A stretch of DNA of 64,000 bases from Octopus vulgaris (taxonomy: Eukaryota): NCBI GenBank assembly GCA_951406725.2, contig OX597830.1, positions 42,842,001 through 42,906,000 of the forward strand. Reading direction: 5' to 3'. The position numbers and the translations under genes were made by a program. Positions within the stretch are counted from its first letter, which is position 1. Each line of letters begins with the position of its first letter. The notes beneath the pieces are model-generated. The model was given only the letters and a program-made list of their open reading frames with translations. It searched no databases and was not told the DNA's origin. This document shows positions 36,055 through 49,462 of the stretch, piece by piece.

Positions 36055-39000
36055 ATTTCCGATCTAAAATATCAATATTTTAAAATATAAGTATAAAAAA
36101 TAATTTTAAAATAATTAAAGTATTAATGAAAAAATATAAATATATAATCTATATATAACCTATATATAATCCATATATAATCAATATATAAACTAAAATA
36201 AACCTATCAACAATTAAATATAAAACAAAATAAAAATAAACTATATATACACCCATACACATATAACTAATTATATATAACCATATCTAAATACATACCA
36301 TAAATACATATAATGATAAAACCTCCCTTTACTAAACTCTATAACATACCTATATAGCAATCCCCCTAACCTATACATTCACACACAAATACACACACGT
36401 AAACCACACACCCACGACATATACAAATACCCACCTCACTCACACATACCTATACATGCGTATAAACCTCAATATATACACCAAAAACCCACTCCCACCC
36501 CACACCGACAAATAAACACATACATCCCCAAAAATGGGCGCAATCCCACGCACACCAATCATGCATGTATACAATTGCACACACAAGAACAATACATAAT
36601 CAACCCAAATATACAGAACCTACCACAAATCACCAACAAACCACCATGACAAATGAAACCCACACACATACAATGACAAAACTCCCCCCACCATACACAA
36701 TTACACCCACATAGCAATCTCCATATATACATCCACACACAAACACACATACGCAAAACACACACACACAACACATACGTACACCCCCCACACACCCATA
36801 TACATACGTACCAAACCCGACATACACAACAATACGCTCTCCCCCTACCATACACAATTACACCTATATAGCAAACCCATATACACATTCACACACAAAT
36901 ATACATACGTAAAACACACACACACAACATATACGTATACCCCCTCACATATACATATACATACTTACTAAACTCGATATATACAACAATATTTTCACAC
37001 CCACACTCATACAGATAAATAAATTATACAACTAAAATACGCACACACACACACACATTCACACATACATAAACACTCAAAAGAAAAACAACATTACTAC
37101 ACATAATACGATATATAAAATACTTCATAAGTAACCAGAATATCATAAGTAATAAGATAACATAAGGAGAAAAAATATACATACTTTCAAGTCAGTTTCA
37201 AATTATGAAGTGAAATTAAACTCTAAGCCGTTAAAAACGTCAAACAAAATTACGTTACCATAGGAACCTAACATATGTATAAAAAGTATTCGCGCTCTGG
37301 AAACAAACGTCATTTAAAATTATGAATGGAGAAATGGAATAAATGGAATTAAAAATTATATTCACGTGGTAAACGAACATTACTTAAAAATTATGAATGG
37401 AATAATGTAATAAAATAACAAACATCATAAATAGACATAAATTACTACGAATTCTTTAATAAAACTACCATGATAAACTAAGACTCATAAATACATAAAT
37501 GATAAAACCTCCCTTTACTAAACTCTATAACATACCTATATAGCAATCCCCCTAACCTATACATTCACACACAAATACACACACGTAAACCACACACCCA
37601 CATATACAAATACCCACCTCACTCACACATACCTATAAATACGTATAAACCTCAATATGTACACCAAAAACCCACTCCCACCCCACACCGACAAATAAAC
37701 ACATACATCCCCAAAAATGGGCGCAATCCCACGCACACCAATCATGCATGTATACAATTGCACACACAAGAACAATACATAATCAACCCAAATATACAGA
37801 ACCTACCACAAATCACCAACAAACCACCATGACAAACGAAACCCACACACATACAATGACAAAACTCCCCCCACCATACACAATTACACCCACATAGCAA
37901 TCCCCATATATACATCCACACACAAACACACATACGCAAAACACACACACACAACACATACGTACCCCCCACAAACCCATATACATACGTACCAAACCCG
38001 ACATACACAACAATACGCTCACACCCACTCTCACACAGATAAACAAACTACACAACCAAAAAACGCACACACACACGTGTGCGTATTTTAGTTGTGCAAT
38101 TCACCCATCTGCATGAGTGCGGGCGCGAACACACTGTTGCACATATCGAGCCCAGCAAGCATGCACATGTACATGTGAGGGGGCACACGCACATGCCGTG
38201 CGCGTGTGCCCCACGCATGTATACCCGTGCGCGAATGTACACATGGAGACCGCCACACAGGTACAATCGGGCATGGCAAAGGGAGCCCCATCACTACACG
38301 TATATGGGCCCCACTCATCACGATGGTCCACCAACAATTCGTAGCAAACTCCGCACGTTCAAGTCGATCACACATCACTCCCGTGTACGCAATTGCACAC
38401 ATACACGACTGATGCGCGCGAGACCGCACCCACCCTCAAGAATGCATACGCTCACCCATCCGCACGGATGTGGAAGCAAATCACCGGTGTACATATTGAG
38501 GCTCATACATAGCGCTATGGAAACGAACGTCATTTAAAATTATGAATGGAATAAATGGAATTAAAAATTATATTCAGGTGGTAAACTAACATTACTTAAA
38601 AATTATGAATGGAATAATGTAATAAAATAACAAACATCATAAATAGACATAAATTACTACAAATTCTTAATAAAACTACCATGATAAACTAAAACTCATA
38701 AATACATATAATGATAAAACCTCCCTTTACTAAACACTATAACAAACCTATATAGCAATCCCCCTAACCTATACATTCAAACACAAATACACACACGTAA
38801 ACCACACACCCACGATATATACAAATACCCACCACTCACACATACCTATACATACGTATAAACCTCGATATATACACCAAAAATTCACTCCCACACCCAT
38901 ACAGACAAATAAACATATACATCCCTAAAATGGGTGCAATCTCACTCACATCAATCATGCATGTATACAAGTGCATACAGAAGCACACACTTTTACATAG

Positions 39001-40170
39001 CACCATGCACTCCCACATCTACACATGCACTTATACACGCGCACACATACACACACACCCATGCAACATACATAAACACGGACACTCTCCTAGACATCCA
39101 AATATACGTATAAAAATACGTATAAATGGCTACAAGACAATACCCATTAAACTACCATGAGCAACAAACCAAACCATAATGCATGGGGACTAAAATACTA
39201 AAAAATTCTAAATAAAATAATCATGATAAATGAAATCCATACATACAAATAAAACCCCTAACAAAAAACAATACACACAAATACACACACATATATACAC
39301 ACACCCACAAACATAACCATATACACACTCTCACAAACATATACATACGTACAAACCTCGATATATACACCAATATATTAATTCCCACACTCAATAAATT
39401 ATTAAATAAATACATATACAAACATAAACATATATATATATAAAAAAATAAATATGTATATAAATATACATTCACACATAACATCACATACTCATATATA
39501 TAAGAAACAGTATTTCAAAAAAGTAAATAAATATTAATATATTTATATTTATATATGAGTGTGTACACGCAGACGGGTACAAACACACGCACTTTCAAAA
39601 CATTCATATATACAAATGCATAAATAATCCCACTCAATTACATAGCACTCATACACTCCCGCATCTACACTTGCACTTGTACGCACGCACACATACATAC
39701 ACACCCATACCTACATATTCACGGACAATCACCCAAATATCTATATAAACGTGTATTATAACAGACAATACCCAAATAAAAACTGTCAATTCAACATACC
39801 AAATAAAATACAAAGGGATCCTAAACATTCACACATACATACAAAACTCAATATATACACCGCTAAATACACCCAATCATCCATAAGAATATATCCTCCA
39901 ATATACATATAACATATACATAATAAAAATACATAATAAAATAAAATAAAAAAATAATTAAAGAAAATAAAATAAATCTAATATAAATTATTAAAGTTTT
40001 AACGTACCATAAACTATTATATATTAATATACATTAAAAATGAACTAATTAAAACAAAGAAATATCAATTCAAGATTAACTATAATTAAAGCCTAGACTA
40101 CATAACTAAATATATATAATACTCTAAACTAAATTAAACTAAAGTAACCTTTAATAGGGAACTATTATTG

Positions 40171-42122
40171 TTATTTATCATGAAACTTATTATATAGGTA
40201 AAGTAACCTATGTCTGCATTTTATTTTGCGCTCTTCACCTGTATTAAGTAAATTATCATACTTATAAAATAAAATTTCTTTAAACTCATTAGAGCATAAA
40301 TAACAACAATTAGCTCCTATAGTATATGATTTAGTTTTACAAATTATTTCCCAAATTAAACTATAATTAATATTTTGTGATTTAAGACTCCAAATGTACT
40401 TACTAAGTCCAGTTGAGTTGATTAAGTTTTTATTTTTAAAAGAATTCATATGTTGTGCGATTCTTAATTTTATTTTTGAGGAAGTAGACCCTATATAAAC
40501 CGCTTTTGGGTAATTATTATTCTTAAAGTTATTATCATGTAATGTAACTATACATTTATACACTACATCGTTAATATCACAATTATTATTTAATATACAA
40601 TTAGATTTATCTCTACAAGTACAATTAATATAAGTCTTATCATTATTAATATTATTATCAAATAATTTCTTTTTATAAAAATTATTCAGTTTAAATTTAT
40701 TAAATGAAGAAATAATGTTACCTACATTATTAGTGGTAGAATAACCTACTCCAAAATTATTACTAGAGAAAATGTTTCTATATTTACGATTATCTCTAAT
40801 AAATAGTTCTATAACATCTAAAATCTCTTTGATAATATTCGTTTTTACTTGATCTCCATAAGGAACTATTAACCAAATTTTATTCTTATTAACCTTATTA
40901 TTATTGTCATTATTATAAATATATTTATAATTCTTTATTTTATTAAAATTATTATCAGAATTATATCTATGTACAGCATTTAAGGAATTATTAATATTAT
41001 TAATTTTATCAATATAATTATTATAATTATTATTAAATTTATTTTTATTTTAATTATTCTTATTTGTATTATTATTATTATTATTTTTATTCTTATTTTT
41101 ATTTTTATCATTTTTATTATTATTTTTATAATATCTATTATTTTTACCACTAAACCTAACAAAATTATAATTATTATTAGAAGTATCTCGAAAATTATCA
41201 TTTAAATCTTTATCACTAATATTATAAAATTTAATATTCCTATTATAACCTGCCCCTCTAAGGGCCTCATTATAATAATTAGCATGTTTATTAAAAATCT
41301 CTATATCATAAGAGAGTAATGAAATACGTTTACTTATATTATTAATCAACGATTTTTTAGTAGAAAATGGGTGATTACTATTAACATTTATATATTTAAG
41401 GTTCTCATTAAGTTTATGATATGGTTGTGTTTTACCAGTAATTAGATTAAAATTAACATCTAAATAATTAACATTATAATTCTCCTTATATATAGTAATA
41501 CTTAAACCATATCTTTTAAAGAAACTATATAGTTTTTTCTTATATACTTCTAGATTCCTATTAGTACAATTCTTTGTAACTAGTAGAAGATCGTCTCTAT
41601 ATAAGCCACCCTCTATCTTAAGATTTTCTAATTGGAGTTCAGATAAAAGAAAAATAGCTACTAAATCAGTAGCCTATGCAGAATCTGGTGCTCCCATAGG
41701 TATATCAAAACAATCTCTGGTATCATTCCTAGCCCATAATTTATTTTTATATTTAATGAGCGATTTCCTAGCCATTTTAATTACATTAACTTCTTCACGT
41801 GACATACCCACTTTATTCATTGCGAAAATAAGCGCTTTATTAAACACAATTTCATTAGAAGAATAATAATTATCTATATCTATTTGAATAAATTTATAAC
41901 GATTTTTATCTTTAATATTATTAAACCATTTCAATGTATTGTTATTACTAAACCATAATTTTAAATAATTAAGTTTATTTAACTTATCGATATATTTATC
42001 TAAAATAAATTTACTTAATTTACCTAGGTCAGATTTACATGGGCAAATTAATCTAACTTTAGGGTCTGAATAAAAATTATCTTTATGGTCTTTAAGAGTA
42101 ATTCTGGGGTGCAAAGGTACAT
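40171..42122 (-). pseudogene. Naiad RT-endonuclease ORF, disrupted
   Basis: In-frame TAG after APDSA (41674-41676) and a break in the Asn-rich linker near 41050; otherwise collinear domains. Confidence 0.85.
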
Positions 42123-42197
42123 TACTTTTTATTAAAATTTTATGTATTGATTAAGTCTTTCCTTGTTTGTTTTGCAAAATAGTGGTTTTGTCTCTAA

Positions 42198-42244
<47 letters not shown>

Positions 42245-42256
42245 ATACATAGATAC

Positions 42257-42293
<37 letters not shown>

Positions 42294-42305
42294 ATACATA
42301 GATAC

Positions 42306-42367
<62 letters not shown>

Positions 42368-42371
<4 letters not shown>

Positions 42372-42600
42372 TTTTATTTGCTTCAATAATTTTGATTGCA
42401 GCCATGCTGGAGGACCACCTTTAGTCGAGCAAATCGACCCCACGACTTATTCTTTGTACGCCTAATACTTATTCTACCGGTCTCTTTTGCTGAACTGCTA
42501 GGTTAATGGGACATAAACATACCAGCATCAGTTGTCAAGCGATGTTGGGGGAACAAACACAAACACACAAACATATACAAACACATACATATATACATAT
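42368..42600 (-). mobile_element. SINE family 1, 3' half
   Basis: Reverse complement of the 200-421 region. Confidence 0.75.
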
Positions 42601-42601
42601 G

Positions 42602-42970
42602 TTAGGTTGTCAAGAAAGTTCTTGCAGTTTTTAACCTTTAAATTCAGGTGCACATATCTCAGCTCAAACAAAACTTTATTAATCGAAGTAAACACCATCA
42701 GAATTAACAAACATTTGTGCCAATGCGAAACAAGTTTATTTATGCCAGTATCATAAAAATCCTGTGTTCTGGTGGTGATGAAGCCATTGAAAGCATGTTT
42801 GGCATTGTCTTGGTTTTTGAAGCACTTCTCACACAAGAAGTTGTTGAGATGCTTGAAAAAGTGGTAGTTGGTAGGTGAGACGTCTGCTGAGTATAGCCAA
42901 TGAGGCAGAGTTTTGTAGCTCAATTCATTCAACTTCTGCAGGCTCAGTTGTGCGATGTGCAGCCGAGCAC
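42602..42970 (-). mobile_element. Mariner 3' remnant with TIR
   Basis: NELSYKTLPHWLYSADVSPTNYHFFKHL..GINKLVSHWHKC; TIR TTAGGTTGTCAAGAAAGTTC. Confidence 0.85.
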
Positions 42971-42971
42971 A

Positions 42972-43525
42972 TCAGTAGCAGGGGAGGGTGCACTAAAAGT
43001 GTAGCTGCTAGAATAAGAATAGCCTAGGCTAAGTTCAGAAAGCTCTTACCTCTACTGGTGACAAAGGGCCTCTCACTCAGAGTAAAGCGTAGACTGTACG
43101 ACGCATGTGTACAAACAGCCATGCTACATGGCAGTGAAACATGGGCCATGACTGCTGAGGACATGCGTAAGCTCGCAAGGAATGAAGCCAGCATGCTCCA
43201 ATGGATGTGTAATGTCAGTGTGCATACTCATCACAGTGTTAGTGCCTTGAGAGAAAGTTTGGACCTAAGAAGCATCAGATGTGGTGTGCAAGAGAGACGA
43301 CTGCATTGATATGATCATGTGGCAAGAATGGATGTGGATAGCTGTGTGAAAAAGTGCCACACCCTAGCAGTTGAGGGAACATGTGGAAGAGGTAGACCCA
43401 GGAAGACCTGGGATGAGGTGGTGAAGCATGACCTTCAAACATTGGGCCTCACCGAGGCAATGACAAGTGACCGGGACCTCAGGAAATAAGCTGTTCTTGA
43501 AAAGACTCGGCAAGCGCAAGTGAGA
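42972..43525 (+). mobile_element. RTE LINE C-terminal fragment
   Basis: ORF 43058-43309 matches the 6701-8179 C-terminus. Confidence 0.9.
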
Positions 43526-44151
43526 ACTGTATGGAGTAGCTTAGTTGAAAAGAAGGGCTGGCATGAGAAAGGACATCTGGCAGTAGAATACAACCTTAAA
43601 AAGAAGGATTGTTTAACCCACATATGAACAACATATGATGATGTCTCTTCTGTCAACATACTGTATACTCATTTTTCCCCTTTGAAGATGTGTATAATGA
43701 AAGCTTGATTACTTGAAAAACAGGAAAGCATTAGGGACAGGGAAGGCATCCAGCTGTAAAACAATGCCTCAATAATTCGTTCTAATTTTGGCAGAAGGCC
43801 AGCAATTTTGAGGAGACAGGCAAGCTATTTGCATCAACTCCAGTGCTCAAGTGGTACATATTTTATTGACCTGGAAAGGATGAAAGACAATGTTGACCAT
43901 AGGTGGCATTTGAACTCAAAACATAAAAAGCTGAATGAAATATCACTAAGTGTTTTGTTTAATATGTTTACAATCCTGGCAGCTCGCTATTTCAATGGTT
44001 TCAAATATTGACACAAGGCCAGCAATTTTAAAGAGGTGGTGGGTTTAGTCAGTTACATCAATCTCAGTACTCCAGTGGTACTTTATTTTATTGATCCTGA
44101 AAAGTTGAAAAGCAAAGTTGATCTTGGTAAGATTTGAACATAATACTCTTT

Positions 44152-44826
44152 TTTTTTTACTCTTTTACTTGTTTCAGTCATTTGACTGTGGCCGTGCTGG
44201 AGCACTGCCTTTAGTCAAGCAAATCGCCCCAGGATTTATTCTTTGTAAGCCTAGTATTTATTCTATCGGTCTCTTTTGCCGAACCACTAAGTTACGGGGA
44301 TGTAAACACAACAGCATTGGTTGTCAAGCGATGTTGTGGGGACTAACACAGACACACAAACATATACACACGTATACATACATATATATATATAAACATA
44401 TATATGACAGGCTTCTTTCAGTTTCCTTATTTCTTTATTGCCCACAGGGGGCTAAACATAGAGGGGACAAACAAGGACAGACAAACGGATTAAGTCGATT
44501 ACATAAACCCCAGTGTGTAACTGGTACTTAATTTAATGGCCCTGAAAGGATGAAAGGCAAAGTCGACCTCAGCGGAATTTGAACTCAGAACATAGCAGCA
44601 GAGGAAATACTGCTAAACATTTTGCCTGGCGTGCTAACGTGTCTGGCAGCACACCGCCTGCAGCTTGACAGGCTTCTTTCAGTTTCCGTCAACCAAATCC
44701 ACTCATAAGGCTTTGGTTGGCTCAAGGTTATAGTAGAAGACACTTGCCCAAGGTGCCATGCAGTGGGACTGATCCCGGAACCATGTGGTTGGTAAGCAAG
44801 CTACTTACCACACAGCCACTCCTACG
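44152..44826 (-). mobile_element. SINE family 1 with nested SINE family 2
   Basis: Reverse complement of 16-421, split at 44427-44665. Confidence 0.85.
44427..44665 (-). mobile_element. SINE family 2 (Meta/MESC-domain-like), full length
   Basis: 22-bp TSD TGACAGGCTTCTTTCAGTTTCC (44405-44426, 44666-44687); GTCGACTTTGCCTTTCATCCTTTC central domain; A-rich tail. Confidence 0.85.
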
Positions 44827-44829
44827 TCT

Positions 44830-45300
44830 AATAATTATAATGAAATTATTGTGTATAGTGCTCAGGTGCACTACAGCTTATCAAAGGTGCATGTACAATA
44901 CATAGAATTATGTTCAAAAGTCATGAAAGTGAACAGTGCATCAATCATGATATACAAGTGTGCATGCTTATAGAGAATGTTGGATATGAAGTGTAGTGCT
45001 GGCAAATTCCAGGAAGCATGGAGGATATAAAGGATGCAATGTATCGGCAACTAATAACTGGTGCAGGTAGTTTGTTCCATGCTTCAGCAACTCTGAGTGT
45101 GAAAAAAATGTTCTTGTAGGTCATGGAAGCTGTGTTGTTTTCTGACTTTGTAGACATGCCCTCGTGTGTTAGACACATGAAGCTCAAGATGGTGCTCAAG
45201 GTGGTTATTAGTGTGATGGCTAATAATTTTGTGGGTGTTTACCAAGTCAGGACCATAAAGAGCTGAGAAGATGCTGCTACAATTTTTGTCTGATGTACGA
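44830..45300 (-). mobile_element. CR1-group LINE 3' fragment
   Basis: TRGHVYKVRKQ and FFTLRVAEAWNKLP motifs. Confidence 0.8.
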
Positions 45301-45452
45301 AAATTCATGCTTCTTGAATGTATTCATTTAATCTTAACATGGACGAAAAACATGTTAGAGCAAACGAATGGATGGATATAAACATCTATCACAGATAAAT
45401 GAAAATGATTATAGTACAGAGAGCAGCCACATTTTTATTCTCCAAAGGTTTT

Positions 45453-45575
45453 CACCGGTTTGAACTCAGATCATGTAAAATTTTAAAAAATCAAACAGAT
45501 TTACCCAATAAAGCCTCTACACCTTAAGGTCAATTTTAATCCAACATCGAGGTCGCAATCTCTTTTTTCAATATG
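45453..45575 (-). pseudogene. rrnL: NUMT: mitochondrial 16S rRNA domain V fragment
   Basis: CCGGTTTGAACTCAGATCATGT (45455-45476, invertebrate 16Sbr-type primer site) and TTAATCCAACATCGAGGTCGCAA (45536-45558) in the expected order and spacing. Confidence 0.9.
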
Positions 45576-45637
45576 CATTTATTTTTATCTTACCATTTTC
45601 TAACTGATAGATAACTTAGTGTTTTGTTATTTTGCAG

Positions 45638-45719
45638 GTTAGACCAAGTTGAAGAGAACGACAGCATTGAAGAAAACCTTATATCTGTAGGAGAGGCCCA
45701 TCATCTTTTAAATAAATAG
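45638..45719 (+). CDS. SNX10-like: Sorting nexin-10/11-like, probable last exon
   Basis: CTAAC branch candidate at 45600, TTTTGTTATTTTGCAG acceptor, phase 2 match; LDQVEENDSIEENLISVGEAHHLLNK*; AATAAA at 45912. Confidence 0.65.
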
Positions 45720-46111
45720 ATTTAAAATTAAACTTATAATATGTTTTATTATATTATCACTATTTGCTTATATACTGTGTTGCTGCTGCTGCTGTTGTTG
45801 TTGTTGTTTGGATGATGGTAGTAGTGATGTTGGTGTCTTTCTTGACACTAGTAGTGGTTGTGATGGTAAAGGTAAGAAAATAACGCTGTTGATAGATATG
45901 TTTATGGTTGTAATAAAACTTTCAGACTAGAAAGATCAGAGAAAATGTGGGTTTCATGAAATGGTCAATTGAAGATTCAAAAGTTAATATAACACGGAAA
46001 CACAGGATGTCCAAGAACAGAATTTGGAAGTTCTTTCTAGCTTAACAGACTAAAGTTTAAGTTAGAGCCAAAGATTTGAAATATACATACATATGTATGG
46101 TGACTGTACGC

Positions 46112-46188
<77 letters not shown>

Positions 46189-46261
46189 TGTATACATATA
46201 TGTACATGTATGTGAATATATATGTGTATCTATGTATGTATGTATATATATATATATATAT

Positions 46262-46696
46262 ATCATCATCATCATCATTTAACGTCCATTGTCCATGCTG
46301 GTATGGGTTGGACGGTTTGACTGGGCTGGTGTGCTGAAGGTTGCACCAGGATCCAGTCTGATTTAGCATGGTTTTCTATAGCTGGATGTCCTTCTTAATG
46401 CCAACCACTCCGAGAGTATAAAGGGTGCCATTTGCATGACACTGGTATCTGTCATAACTGTGATTTTGTTCGGTTTGATGGGTCTTCTTCCCAAGCACGA
46501 CATAATACCAAAGGTCTTGGTTATTGCCGCTTGAAAGGTGCTTGGCCACTTTGCCCCCATGTAGGCCAATGCTTCAAAGGAACTCAGCCACATCACCTCT
46601 GTGAGGCTTGCTCAAAAAGAACTCGGTCACCTCACCTCCGTGAGCCCAACACTTGAAAGGAACTTTGCCTCTGTGAAGCCCAACATTCAAAGGTTG

Positions 46697-46778
<82 letters not shown>

Positions 46779-46792
46779 TCAAAGGTTGATTT

Positions 46793-46833
<41 letters not shown>

Positions 46834-47010
46834 AGTAAGGAGCATGTAAAATGCACCCTTCGAATTTTGGGCCTCACAGAGGCAGTGACAAGTGACTGAG
46901 ACCTTTGGCAATATGCTGTGCTTGAGAAGACCTGTCAAGCCAAGTAAGATCGTAGTCATGGCTGATGCCAGGATTTCATAACTCGCACCTGTGCTGGTAG
47001 CATGTAAAAG
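46262..47010. mobile_element. RTE 3' fragments in opposite orientations separated by microsatellites
   Basis: (CAT)n tail and RTE 3' motif on minus strand 46262-46700; GGCCTCACAGAGGCA..GTGCTTGAGAAGAC on plus strand 46850-47010. Confidence 0.7.
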
Positions 47011-47121
47011 GCAAAAGAATATACTAAGAAGAATATAAAATAGTAAAAAACTTGTTTCTGTCTAGTTAATGAGGTCAATAATACATGGTAAAGAAACTTG
47101 TTTTAATATAGTAAAAATATA

Positions 47122-47543
47122 GGCGTAGGAGTGGCTGTGTGTTAAGTAGCTTGCTTACCAACCACACGGTTCTGGGTTCAGTCCCACTGAGCAGCACCTT
47201 GGGCAAGTGTCTTCAACTATAGCCTCGGGCCAACCAAAGCTTTGTGAGTGGATTTGGTAGATGGAAACTGAAAGAAGCTCATCGTATATATGTATATATA
47301 TATGTATGTGTGTGTGTGTATGTGTTTGTGTGCCTGTGTTTGTCCCCCCCCACCACCACATCACTTGACAACCGATGCTGGTGTGTTTACATCCCCGTAA
47401 CTTAGCAGTTAGGCAAAAGAGACCGATAGAATAAGTACTAGGTTTACAAAGAATAAGTGCTGGGGTCGATATGCTCAACTAAAGGTGGTGCTCCAACATG
47501 GCCACAGTCAAATGACTGAAACAAGTAAAAGAGTAAAAGAGTA
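47122..47543 (+). mobile_element. SINE family 1 (full length)
   Basis: Collinear with 16-421; GGTTCAGTCCC B box; AGTAAAAG tail repeats. Confidence 0.88.
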
Positions 47544-48249
47544 ATTTGGAAATACCAAAGTACAACACATTCTATTGCATTTTGTTGTTTGAGGGTTTAA
47601 CAATTGACTTTTTTTAATATGTATTTTTATTGACCTCAATAATTATACGAAAACAAGTCTTTTATATTTTACAAATATTCAGTTACAGATGTGTATAAAA
47701 TCAGGCTTACATAAGCCTATGTTTTGGTTGGGTGGAGAGCTTATACTGATTTAATGACTCATAAACTGTTTGATAGTACAGGAGAGAATTATTTAGTTTC
47801 TGTTGTTGCAGGTTAGTTGAGTTAAATGAAAAAACATTGGGGAATATATCATAGGTAGATAAAAGTGTTGATATGATGTGGGTAGACAAAATGGTTATTA
47901 TTGTGGTGTAGTTACAGGCCAGCTTTCATCAGTCATACCTGCAATACTCAAGCTATTCAGTTATAGATGTGTATAAAATCAGGCTTACATAAGCCTATGT
48001 TTTGGTTGGGTGGAGAGCTTATACTGATTTAATGACTCATAAACTGTTTGTATGAACCATTGATGTATGGTACCTGATAAATCATACCTTTGCATATGTT
48101 ATAACCACAGTTCACACTTTCACATACATTATTCTGTCTATTTCTTTTATACTTATTAATCACAATTATCACACAAATGAACAATTCACATTCAACCAAG
48201 TCTTACCCACTTAACCATCTTGCTTCAAATCTTATGCAACTGTGGAGAA

Positions 48250-48612
48250 ATATAAATTATTTGTTATTCTCAGAGCACTGTAGCTATATAAATTATTTGT
48301 TATTCTCAGATCACCATAGCTGTATAAATTATTTGTTATACTCAGAACACCGTAGCTGTATAAATTATTTGGCATTCTTAGATCACTGTAGCTGTATATA
48401 TTATTTGGTATTCTCAGATCACTGTAGCTGTATAAATTATTTAGCATTCTCAGAACACCGTAGCTGTATAAATTATTTAGCATTCTCAGATTACCATAGC
48501 TGTATAAATTATTTAGCATTCTCAGATCACCATAGCTGTATAAACTATTTGGTATTCTCAGATCACCATAGCTGTATAAACTATTTGGTATTCTCAGACC
48601 ACCATAGCTGTA
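48250..48612. repeat. 36-bp minisatellite, about 10 units
   Basis: TATAAATTATTTGGTATTCTCAGATCACCATAGCTG consensus. Confidence 0.9.
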
Positions 48613-49239
48613 TGGTCAAGGACATTTCAGTTATGTCTATTCCACCTATCTGCTTAATCCTTTGCTTGTCCAGTGTATCAATATGATACACATTTTCCCA
48701 ACACCCATGCATCATATGCAGTACACATTATTTTTCAATTTTCTTTTTAACCATTAGAGTAATTTGAGACTTATGAATAGAAAGCTTTATGTTACTCAGA
48801 ACGTATGAAACAAGGGTTAGCTAAAAGTTTGAAAACAAGCATGGACATTTAGGAGAAACATATGAAAATACTTTAGACAGGCAAAGGATTAAGATTCTAA
48901 AATGTAATTTGGAAGAGAATAGGTTACTATTTCTAGCAGATTGTGTGGACATATATTGGTTTTGTAGCATAGCTGATTTTCATAATGTAGGCTTTGAATT
49001 TTGATTTGTCTCAATCAACAATGGCCATATTTTTATGATTGTTTTGACAGTTTTTGTACAAAAACTTCATAGAGATGTTTTGAGTTTTTGGTTTTACAAA
49101 GCTGGTCATGAAAATGTAATGTAGTAGAGAGTGTATTTTCAACAAATGGATTAATTTTCTTCTGAGGCAATTAGTTTCACAGACACTTAGTTTTGAGTGG
49201 AGAAGTAGAGAAAGTTGAAGTGGCTTTGTGAAAAGTGTG

Positions 49240-49240
49240 T

Positions 49241-49283
<43 letters not shown>

Positions 49284-49462
49284 ACATACAACACACACAC
49301 ACACACACATACATACATACATACATACATACATACATACATACATACATACATACATACATACATACATACACACATACATACATACATACATACATAC
49401 ATACATACATACATACATACATACATACATACATACATACATACATACATACATACATACAT
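49240..49462. repeat. (CA)n/(ATAC)n microsatellite
   Basis: Direct reading. Confidence 0.95.

Larger units (their letters stand above)
35830..42210 (-). mobile_element. Penelope-like retroelement, Naiad type (RT + GIY-YIG), 5'-truncated with inverted pLTR piece
   Basis: ITLKDHK, RLICPCKSDLG, DIPMGAPD, GLYRDD, YLDV, SNHP, CTCR..C..C, VYIGST..R..QH, CYLC..E, KCRH; 42123-42210 is an inverted copy of about 35915-36002; (TA)n on both sides. Confidence 0.9.

Noticed and set aside
40171-42122. Selenoprotein-type Naiad
   Set aside because: The linker cysteines I read are ordinary TGT codons, and the RT-domain interruption is TAG, not TGA
45453-45575. Functional rRNA gene or contaminating mtDNA
   Set aside because: Only about 120 bp, embedded in nuclear intron sequence
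48177-48686. 169-aa Cys/His repeat protein
   Set aside because: The ORF is the translation of a 36-bp minisatellite; no splice or homology support
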